Of a DNA stretch of 64,000 nucleotides, positions 48,487 to 59,100 are shown one piece after another. The notes beneath the pieces were generated by a model that saw nothing but the letters and a program-made list of their open reading frames with translations, had not been told where the DNA came from and ran no database searches. The translations under genes were made by a program, and so were the position numbers. Origin of the DNA: Amphiscolops sp. MND2022 (lineage: Eukaryota); assembly GCA_964187785.1 (NCBI GenBank), contig OZ076409.1, forward strand, positions 47,866,001-47,930,000, given 5' to 3'. How positions within the stretch are numbered: position 1 is the first letter of the stretch; every line of letters begins with the position of its first letter.

Positions 48487-49240
48487 GGGAGACAGGAATA
48501 AGATCGAAAGAATAAGATCGAATGGAATAAGATCGAATGAAATTGACATGCTCAAAATTTTCACTTGAATAAGATCGAATCCTGACTTGAATAAGATCGA
48601 ATTTTCACTTGAATAAGATCGAATCCTGACTTGAATAAGATCGAATGTTGGATTGAATAAGATCGAATTTTGACTATTTTTTTTAAGGATATCGATATGA
48701 ATTTTCAAAAAATTGAAGGTTTGAGAAAGGGCTCAGTAAATTATGTCTATGAAGGCTATCTCTTTATCAAAAACAAAGCGGATAAAGAAACTACATATCT
48801 ACGCTGTTATCAAAACAAACGCTTTATCAAAACAAACAAAAAGGTAAATTCAATCCATATGGACTTTCTGAAAGCGAAAATATCAATGTGGGGCATATGC
48901 GATGTATGCACGCTCGCCCTCACCGTCGCAAAGACCAGCTCCCACTACGATCGCTTCGCGATCTCCGTTCCCGCTAGGTCTTTGCTCCTGTTCGACCTCG
49001 CTTAGCAAGATGGGAACATAAGCGGCCCCAAGGGGCCGCGGGGCACTAGACGAAATGGGGACATATCCGAGGCACGATATATGTAATATATTTTTTTTCC
49101 GTAATTTTTCGATCTTATTCCATTCGATCTTATTCCATTCGATCTTAGGCGATGAACGATTTCATTCGATCTTATTCCGTTCGATCTTATTCCATTTTCG
49201 TATTTTCGATCTTATTCTTTCGATCTTATTCCGTTCTCCT
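48487..49240 (+). mobile_element. Mutator/foldback-like non-autonomous element A with a FLYWCH-like remnant
   Basis: TIRs built from GAATAAGATC subrepeats; 9-bp TSD GTTTTAAAA (48478-48486, 49241-49249); MNFQKIEGLRKGSVNYVYEGYLFIKNK...TYLRC resembles the start of a FLYWCH finger. Confidence 0.8.
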
Positions 49241-49249
49241 GTTTTAAAA

Positions 49250-50222
49250 GGAGAAACGGAAATCGGACTAAAGAAATTGAACTAATGGAATTAGGACTAA
49301 CATGCTCAAAATTTCTGAAACGTTCATGTGAAATAGAACTAATTTCGTATTTCCTCAAACAGGAATTAGAACTAATTTGTTACGGGAAATGGAACTAAAA
49401 ACAGGAATTAGAACTAATTTGTTACGGGAATTGGAACTAAAAAAGTGGGAATAAGACCTAAAATGCGGAATGAGACCCGAGGGGAGAACGGGATAGTATC
49501 TGAAGGAATAATATCTAAAGTTTTTCGAAGTATAAAACGTGCCTTTGATATTTCCCCATTTCCTCTAGTGCCCCGCGGCCCCTTGGGGCCGCTTATGTTC
49601 TCATCTTGCTAAGCGAGGTCGAACAGGAGCAAAGACCTAGCGGGAACGGAGATCGCGAAGCGATCGTAGTGGGAGCTGGTCTTTGCGACGGTGAGGGCGA
49701 GCGTGCATACACCGAATATGCCCCGAATTTAGAAGGGGACAGTACTGAAAATTTTGTGAGACATTTACGAAAGGTAAAATTTTATTCTTGAATGAAATGA
49801 TTTGAGATCTGACAGTTTTATAAAATTAATGGAAGGAAAAAATAATGATTGTATTAATTTTATGTTGATCAATTGTATTACGTTACTTTTGTACTACTTT
49901 CATTGAGGTATAAGTGTCATTTCCTACTTTCATGTTCCACGTTTCCAATTTGCATTTTGTACCATGTTTTTATCAGCTTCTGCGTTTTTTTTGTTGTACC
50001 ACTTTTATGTTGGATGTTTACAACTGAACATGTCGTGATTTTGTCAATTTGATCTCCGTATTTGCAAATTTTCCGTGCCAAAAGTTGTGTTAGTCCTATT
50101 TCAATTAGTCCTATTTCCATTAGTTCTAAGGCGGCACTAAAAAAGAATTAGTCCTATTTCCATTACTCCTATTTCAGTTTTGATTATTAGTCCTATTTCA
50201 TTAGTCCGAATTCCTGTCTCCC
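49250..50222 (-). mobile_element. Mutator/foldback-like element B, inverted relative to A
   Basis: TIRs with (G/A)GACTAA / TTAGTCC subrepeats; flanked by GTTTTAAAA (49241-49249, 50223-50231). Confidence 0.8.
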
Positions 50223-50241
50223 GTTTTAAAATGAATTCTAC

Positions 50242-51157
50242 GGGGAAACGGAAATCGGACTAAAGAAATAGAACTAATTGAATTAGGACTAACATGCTCA
50301 AAATTTCTGAAACGTTCATGTGAAATAGAACTAATTTCGCATTTTCTCAAACAGGAATTAGAACTAATTTGTTACAGGAATTGGAACTAAAAACAGGAAT
50401 TAGAACTAATTCGTTACGGGAATTGGAACTAGAAACGTGGGAATAAGACCTTAAATGCGAAATGAGACCCAAAGGGAGAACGGAATAGTATCTAAAGGAA
50501 TAATATATAAAGTTTTACAAAGTATAAAACGTGCCTCTGATATTTCCTCATTTCCTCTAGTGCCCCGCGGCCCCTTGGGGCCGCTTATGTTCCCATCTTG
50601 CTTAGCGAGGTCGAACAGGAGCAAAGACCTAGCGGGAACGGAGATCGCGAAGCGATCGTAGTGGGAGCTGGTCTTTTCGACGGTGAGGGCGAGCGTGCAT
50701 ACACCGAATATGCCCAACTTTGGAAGGGGAAAGTACTGAAAATTTTGAAACATTTACGATAGGTAAATTTTTATGCTTGAATTTATTTGAGATCTGACTA
50801 TTTTATAAAATCTATGGGAAGAAAAAATAATGATTGTATCAATTTTATGTTGATCAATTATTACGTTACTTTTGTACTAACGTCATTATTGTACTATTAC
50901 GTTACATTCATGTTCCATGTTTCCAATTTGCATTTTGTACCATGTTTTCATCCGCTTCTGCGTTTTTTTGTTGTACTACTTTTATTTATGTTCGATGTTT
51001 ACAATTGAACATGTCGTGATTTTCAGTCCTATTTCAATTAGTCCTATTTCCATTAGTTCTAAGGGCACTAAAAAGAATTAGTCCTATTTCCGTTAGTCCT
51101 ATTTCAGTTTTGATCATTAGTCCTAGTCTATTTCAATAGTCCGAATTCCTGTCTCCC
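50242..51157 (-). mobile_element. Mutator/foldback-like element C, diverged copy of B
   Basis: Co-linear with 49250-50222; GGGGAAACGG...CCTGTCTCCC; no matching TSD. Confidence 0.8.
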
Positions 51158-51159
51158 GA

Positions 51160-51600
51160 CTTTGTCTATCAGCTTTATTGACAGGAGTATTTTAATGAAC
51201 TTTCGTTGCATGATATCAACTTTTTTTCTCTCTGCTTTTGGTCAGTGACCATAATTCGCTTTTATAGAGAAAAATAGTTTCTAATAGCGATTTCCAAATT
51301 GTCTCCAGGGTTGGCATGTCTGCTTTTGTCTCACTTTTGCCATTGCAGCCCATTGATTCGTGATGACCTCGTCTGCATCGATGTAGGAGCCTAAATATTC
51401 GAGGTTGCGAGGTCTCAGTTGCCCTGAAACGAAGGTTCTAACTCTGTGTTTTGCTGTGATTAACGGTCAAGCCAGCTCGTGAAAGATTTTTTGAGTCCCT
51501 ATACATTTTTTGGTCAAGTTTTTCAAAGTCTCGGTCGATAAATGCGATATCATCAGCATATTGACGAGTGATCACTGACAAAGAGGGGTCACCTGAGAAC
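51160..51600 (-). pseudogene. RTE-like LINE RT remnant
   Basis: Minus strand QYADDIAFI, AGLTVNHSKTQ, EYLGSYI. Confidence 0.7.
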
Positions 51601-51802
51601 CGAATCCTGGGTTTCCGATTTGATTGAATGAACGATGCCCTCGGGCGTACATGTTAATTAGATGATGATATTTTTTCCAATAACCAAATTTTTAATAATT
51701 GGATGTTTCATTTAATTTGAAACACACTGTAAATGAAGATTTGTCAGATTTTATTATGTTGAAATTCAACTCTTCTTTCTACTATTTTTTCAGGATTTTC
51801 TT

Positions 51803-52330
51803 GGGAGGGGAACAGAATAAGAGCTACGGAACAAGACCTAACATGCTTCGCAATTTTCGGCAATAAGACCTAATAGTGGAATAAGACCTAAAAACGGGAG
51901 CATTTTTTCGAGTACTTCAGGTCATTATGGATTTCGAAAAAAATGAAGGTAGTCGCAAGAAGTTTGTTCCAATTATTGGTGTATGATATTCTATTGAAAT
52001 ATCAATATATTTCACACCGTTGGACCACAGAACGTGCCTTGGATACGTCTCTATTTCTTCTAGTGCTCCACGGCACCTGGTGCCGAATATGTTCCCATCC
52101 GCTAAGCGAGGTCGAGCAGGAGCGAAGACCTAGCGGGAACGGAGACATTTGAGTGATCTTGCCTTCTGTCAAAGAGACATTATTCCATATCATCATGCCT
52201 CTAAGTTGATTTTGTAATTGTTTCTTCAAATCCCCGTTGGATCTTAGGCGTATGCTAAAATTTTTAGATCTTAAGCACTAGATCTTTATCAGTTTTGGAA
52301 TTAGCCTGCAGTGATCTTAGGTGTTGGGTC
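51803..52330 (-). mobile_element. Degenerate member of the same Mutator/foldback-like family
   Basis: GGGAGGGGAACAGAATAAG terminus, AATAAGACCTAA subrepeats, partial shared core at 52033-52146; right end approximate. Confidence 0.55.
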
Positions 52331-53609
52331 CTTATAGCGGCTCTCACAATAGAATCTAACTATTTGACGTACTCAAATTCTTTTTTTGTGCTCAAGATCT
52401 GAGATGGTCAAACGCCTAAAATCTAATTAATAACTTGGATATTTTCCGTAGAAAGACTCGCTAGTTATCTGTCTCAATTTTAAACCATGTCTCTTCATTC
52501 TCTAGTGCCCCGCTGTCGCATGGAAGATATTCCACCAAAAAATTATCATGAAGAGCGTATAATTTTGAATGTTGGAAGTCAAGAAGGGGCATTTTTTCAT
52601 TGTGGTACTTTCCGTCACAGAATAAAAAAACTGTCACAGAATTTCTATTTCTTCCAATTTCTTGATTCTTATGAATTTTCTTGATTAAAAAAATTGATCC
52701 ACAATGTTGGCGTAGTTGGCTGGGCAGGAGGATGGGAATCATTAACAGACGAAAAGAAGGGTCGGAGTTTCGAAATCCAAGAAATTTTTTCTTTATACTT
52801 TAGTCAGCGCAATTCCTGAAATCGTTTTATGTACTCGTTCTATTAAACGAACAACAAGTCAAAAAGCAAAGGCGATGAGGCTGTCTGGTTTTATTAGATA
52901 AAAATATTGGAGTCAGTTTCTGTGAGTTTCCTTTCCGTCTACGCTTGTACCAGGCGAAGTTATTCAGAGGTGGAATTTAACGCATGTTATATAAATTTTT
53001 GAGAAATTATTCCAGTTCCTGGAAACTCTATTTTCACAAAATCCCGAGTCTTGGTGTATTTAACATAGAAAGACGAAAGTTTCAAACTTTTCCTGATTTT
53101 AGCTAGTTTGCTAGCCACAATTAACGCAACTATTCAGTGATTTTTCGACGTTTTTATGCCGAATGCCAAAATACTACTTCCAAAATTTTACAAAAATTCT
53201 TCAAATTAGCAAATTATTCGGAGGGTCTCATCATTCCGTTTTTCACATACTTATTTCGAGTAAAAAAGTTCTTTCAAACTTGATAGAAAATTTTGGAACT
53301 AAGACTTTTTTAAAAAATCTATTTTCCACAAGGATCCCCTTTGGTTTTTATGCCAAAAAACTTTTGGATAGGAAAAAACTTTTTAAATTTCGAGTTTCAT
53401 GCTGCTTTAGCAGAGTTGTCTAAATGTTTCGAAAACAATAAACTCACTGTAATTTTAACAAATTTGAACCTTTTGCTTGAACGTTTTGTTTTAAATTGAC
53501 ATTATCACCATTTTAGTCAGCGTTTCATGAAGTGAAACGCGACGATAATAGTGACTCTTTCTTTTTAATCCACACGAGTTCTACAAAATTTTCAGGGGCC
53601 AAATTAACA

Positions 53610-53862
53610 TACAATACCGGACGAAACTAAAGGGTCCCCCATTTGATTTTTTTCGGAACTGTGACTTTTTTGAATTTTTTAAACTGTCTTCAAAGGGTCC
53701 CCTTCTTTTTTGATATTTTGCAACAGAATGGATGTTAAAAATCTCAAAGGGCCCCCTTAGGGTTTTTCGGGTACTATGGAAGAGATTACTGGACGCTTTA
53801 GAGTCCTTTTGCTATTTTTTAGTCTTAAGCGGGCCGCCGACTTATGCTGTTCACGGCTTGTT
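53610..53862 (+). mobile_element. Helentron/DINE-1-like repeat, 3' portion
   Basis: AAAGGGTCCCC subunits; ends GCCGACTT...CGGCTTGTT. Confidence 0.55.
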
Positions 53863-54189
53863 TGGTTTTTTATTTCAGTTTTAGATCTTATTCCGTTTTT
53901 TTTTCATTTTAGATCATTCAAATTATCAAAAAATAGTATTCCATTAATGCTACATTTGACTTTAATGGGGGTTGATCTGGTGGAATCGGGATCCATCATC
54001 ATGTAATAGTGTGAGTTGAAAAAGTGATCATTAACTTTGGTTTGTTTGAGCTCATCAATGTTTTTTATCATTCCAATTTTCAGTTTTCTTGCCTTCTAAT
54101 TTCATCATTCGCAAAATAGGAGCCTGCCAGTTTGTTGAAACGTAACAGCGGGCAATTGAATTAGATATTTTTCAGATTTTGTTCATACA

Positions 54190-54573
54190 ATGGAACAATC
54201 GGAGGAGATAGACACATCGGGCAACACGTTTGTAATTCGGCCCAACTACCAACACAAGTTCAGACCTGTCACAGTGAGAGCCCTCGTGAACAAAATTTTG
54301 TCTCAGAACTTATCCGACAAATCTTACAACGCCGAAGAAGTGCCTGATCTCACTCGCTCCTTGACTGAACAGATCAAAGAGGAAGTGAAATCTTTGGGCT
54401 ATGACCGCTATAGGATAATAGTACAGGTCGCCATAGGAGAGCAGAAAGGGGAGGGTGTTAAAATGGGTTGCAGGTGCTTCTGGGACCCCGATACTGACAA
54501 CTACGCCCAAGAATTATTCATGAATGAGTCATTATTTTGTGTCGCCGCAGTCTTTGGACTTTTTTATTACTAA
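54190..54573 (+). CDS. DYNLT2B: Tctex1-domain dynein light chain (TCTEX1D2/DYNLT2B-like), intronless CDS
   Basis: NTFVIRP...KFRP, GYDRYRIIVQVAIGEQKGEGVKMGCRCFWDPDTDNYA, MNESLFCVAAVFG signature. Confidence 0.9.
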   Translation: MEQSEEIDTSGNTFVIRPNYQHKFRPVTVRALVNKILSQNLSDKSYNAEEVPDLTRSLTEQIKEEVKSLGYDRYRIIVQVAIGEQKGEGVKMGCRCFWDPDTDNYAQELFMNESLFCVAAVFGLFYY

Positions 54574-55075
54574 TAAATATTCAGTTGCATAGTTTTAAAA
54601 ATTGTTTGATTGATTCCTCCATGAATATATTATCTGTATACTCTGTATCCATTCTGCTATAACAGAATCAAGTCAAGTATTGGAATGGAATGGGTAATAA
54701 TGCTACGCAATCACTTATTCCTTATTCAAATGGCAAAAATTCACTGTTTGGACTCTGAGTCAAATTTCATTAGTATTGCAGTCATTTTGCGCAACTCAAA
54801 AATTGATATCATGACCAGAAAACTGCCTAGAATTGAAACGTTCACATCGAGAAGTTTATTCAAGATGAGATTTTGTTTCGACAAATCTACCTGGAAGTGA
54901 TTACATTTCTTGAATTTCATTTAGACAGTTGCACAATCTTTGCCCAGATTTGTCAGGTACAAACACCGGAAATATTATCAAGTTATCGGAAGGCGTCTTT
55001 CGGAAGCAAATGATATCAAACAAGACGCCCGCTGAGCACCGAGATATTTTCCGTGATTATGACATTTTATGATTC

Positions 55076-55561
55076 TTTTTAGTCGGCGTTTTCGGAGAAA
55101 ATCCCGACTCTTGCAGTGGCTAGTTTTTTTTCGTCAGTTCAACGCCATCGGTCCATTTTTTGTTCATTTGTTCAACTTCTTGGCCGACTAATTCTCTGGT
55201 GTCTGAGAAGCAGGAGAGCGTGGGTTCGGTTCTCGCACTAAATCACAAATTTTTTGTGCTTCAAAAGTATAGTGGAGACCAAAGGGTCCCCCTTTGCGGT
55301 TTTTTTTCGGCACTGTGCGACATTTTTCCGAAAAGTTTTGAATTTCATCAAAGGGTACCCCCTTGAATTTTTTTGAAGTTTTCGGTTTGTAAAAAACGTT
55401 TATTCAGCCTAAAGGGTCTCTTTTTGGGTTTTCGGCAATATGAGACTTTTTTACCAAATACTTTTTTTTGAAAAAAAATTTTCCAAATGTTTCCAATTGT
55501 TGTTCCTTGAATATTTTTGAGCCTTAGATATGAAGCCGACTTGGGCCGTTACCGGCTTGTT
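55076..55561 (+). mobile_element. Helentron/DINE-1-like repeat, near full-length copy
   Basis: 5' TTTTTAGTCGGCG...CCCGACT; 3' GCCGACTTGGGCCGTTACCGGCTTGTT. Confidence 0.6.
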
Positions 55562-56142
55562 GGTTCTTTTTAGGCTGTTCCAAAATGAACTTCAGATGTC
55601 AAAAAGTATGCTAATTAGCATATAAGGAGCTAACATTCTGTCATTGAACTCTGTTGAACATTAAGAAATTATACGAAACTTCCATGAAAACAACAAAAAT
55701 TTAAAGTTTTTGTACTTTTGAAACATTTTGGCACTTTTTATTCTAGTCACTTTTCTTAGAAAATTCAATTGTCTCAATAAATACATATACTGGAACCTAA
55801 TTTTTAGTCGTTGAATTCTCTCGAAGAACCTCTCTATCTTTTGGGTATAAAATGACAAAATTTGGGAAAAAATAGTATCCAGAAATTTCATTTTTCTTTC
55901 CCACATGGATTGCGGTTGGAATGTCAAAACACATTTACAAACTAGGAATCGCTCAATGTCATTCTGAAGCTCCTTTTTTGACCTTCCGGTAAAATATTTG
56001 TTCACTTTATGATTCTCGTAATTGTAGCAGTTTTATCGGTTATATTTTTACTCAACTATTTTATACATATAAGCTTTTGTTTTGTTTTCCCTTTCTCATA
56101 TCGTTAAATTTTTAAAGGTTGTGATCATGATTTCTTGACAAA

Positions 56143-59100
56143 ATGCCCGAATCTCAAATGGATGGAGTCTCGTATGTGTACCACAAATCAATCGAGGCAG
56201 CTGTGAAGAAGTATGCTCTCTGTTCCAATCCGCGAGATGGCGCTGTTTCCAGAACTTACTTTCCTCCCAGCAGTTACGAGTTGTCCCAACAGAGTGCTTT
56301 TATCCACAAAGAGCTCAATCGCAGGTAATAAATTTAGCACCTAACTACAAATGTTAGAATTCTGGTGAGGAAATACAAAGCTGTATAAAATCAATATTAA
56401 AGAAAAACACAATTCACTTCAAGTCTAGCCAGTGATTCAAGTTTTAAAATAGAATAAATAGCCATATATGGCAAAATTCGTGAATGACGCAGTTGAGATT
56501 TCAATTTTTCTTTCCCATTTAGATAATGGGCGGCAAATAATCGTTAATAATCGTATTTAACGATCTGTTCAACAGAAGGCAATTTAATTTGTTTCAAATA
56601 ACTCATCGTTTCTGAATTTCATCCTTCAAATAGATTATAATAGATTCAAGTCTGGAACAAGTCAAATATTGTTGCCCTATCCTTAGAAATATCATGTTTT
56701 GCGACTTATCCAGTAGTTTGTATGAGAAATACATTTTGTCAATCCATAACACCACTGATTGATTGCCCGGTTTTCTAGTTGGCAACTTCATGAGCTCAAC
56801 AAGCGATCGGGCGAAGAGATCCGATTTTGAGAGATTTTCAAAGTTAACGCTTCGTACTTATGTTCATCATTGTCTGTTGTCACTGGTTTCTAACGACGAA
56901 ACTTTCCGCCCATATTCCATTTTGGAAAAGAAAATGAATCTCTCAGTGTTTTTTTCCAGTTTTTGTCATGTTCCACTTTTTTCGTTATTCAATTATTTCA
57001 TGCAACTTGGTACAGTTTTGGAATGGGTATGAAAATCCAGAGTTCAATGACGAAGGAATTGGCGGCCTAGCATAGAAAGTAATTTTATCTCCTGCTTAAG
57101 TTTCAAAACCACACTTTTTTCCAATTTGCTGTTGCAACGCATAGGAAATGTTCAGCATTGGTATATTGAGGGTTAAAGTGGTGTTTCAAAACACCAATCA
57201 AAATGTTTCGAAACATGCTACATAAACATGAATACAATTTGTTTAATTTCCAAAACAATACCTAGTTGCATTTGCAGGGAAGTTTTTTATACTCTCATTT
57301 TTGCTCTCATGAAAACATGTGTATTTTTTTTTTACAAATTTTGGAAGATTTTACAGCGGCCACTAACTATTTCATTTGAAATTGAAAAATTTTCCACTTC
57401 TCCACCGTCTCGATCAAATTGTTTTGACACTTAATTTCTGGAATATTCAACTTATGTAATCCGCGTTAGCACAATTGCACGCTAAGATGACGCTACTTCG
57501 AAATCTAAAAAGTGACTGAAGTTGATTTGCATTGAAATAGTGATAAGGATGAAAAAGGTCTCAGCTGCACCTGAAAATAGAACTGTTGCATATTATAATT
57601 TGTAAAACTATTGGCTCCCTAATGCAGCCAAATTCATCTTTTAGGCAGCTTGGTCGCATTCAACTGAATGAAGTTTTGATGCATGGAAGTTTCCCCGAGA
57701 GTTCTGTATAATCATGATAAAGTTGATTGACAATCTACGAAAACTTGTAAAAAGTTCAAGCAGTTTCAACCAGGGATTCCAGTCGCATTTATTAAAACCT
57801 GCTGAAATGGCTCCGGCTTCTTCCATTTAGATAATTTTGAATGATTTTCTAGATTTGTATTTAAACTTTTTGAAAATTGTCTTTTGTTTCTAAGTTTAAA
57901 ATTACAACAGGAGCAGTGGCGCAGCGTTATTTTTCGTATAGTTGAAACAGAAAGTTTCCAATGGGAATTTTTAGGATGGAAAAGACTTTTCTTACTGAAA
58001 ATACCACAAAAACTCGCTTTTTTCGAGAACTTTTTGTTCGAAACAAGTCACACAGTGCCAAAATTAGCTGAAGGTCTTACTTTTTAAGATCGAAAATGCG
58101 TTAAATGAACTGAAAACCTAAAAAACCCGAAGCAGCAAACTAATGAAAATGCTCTAGTGAAAAAAAATCATAAGCAGTCGAACGCGGCTGAAAAATAACC
58201 GTGTCTTTTCCACAGCTCTTGAGAAAACTCATTTGTCCCACATGACCAGAAATATCGGAGCGGTCACCCTTGAGACTGAGAAAACGGTTGTTTTACACGA
58301 AACCTCACAAACTCAAAAACTGTGATTTTATTTGAAAATTTCGGAAATGTTTTCTTCGCTGTATTTTCTTCGATGAGTCACACAGTGCCGATAAACTCTA
58401 AGGAGCCTTGTATGCTCTCAAAACGCTCTTTCTGCTAAAAATCAAAAGTGGGCCCGCTTCAAAAATTCAGAAAAAAGTCGCATAGTGCTGAAAACCCCTT
58501 TCGTCTACCCTCTACTGTACACGCATTAGGAATCTACATTAGGAATCGTCTACCCTCTACTGTACCGCGCAGCTAATCGACATGTGAAAACTGTTTATCT
58601 GCACTTTCCTCTATAATTCGGGAAAATAAAAACTGTCATTCTACCAAGTTTTGGTTTCGATGCGCACGGTCTTTTGTTCATTGACCTATTTTGTTTGTAG
58701 CACATGTTTGTAGACAATTTCAGGGCGAATAGTTTCTCGATGTATAGGTTCAATAATTGGAACCTAAGTGGTTTTTGCGAAACCAACTGAAAATCAAATA
58801 TGAGATGATTTTTAATTTATTTCGCCATTTACTTTGGTGTTCATAAATTATTTGAAACATTATTTTAGGGCTGGATTCCAGCGACGCAAAGTTCAGACTG
58901 TGATTGATTCCGGAAGACATGAATCAACTAAGCGAGAAAAGTCTTCCAAACTGCCGCCAATTAGATTGAGCGAGAGAATCTTGGATGATTACGAACCGGG
59001 CAAGGTGTTCCAGGAATCTATTTTGCCCAATCATCAGTCGCCTCGTTTCAACGACGACAAAACCCTAGCTCTGGCTTCTCTGGAACCTATCAAGCAGTAC

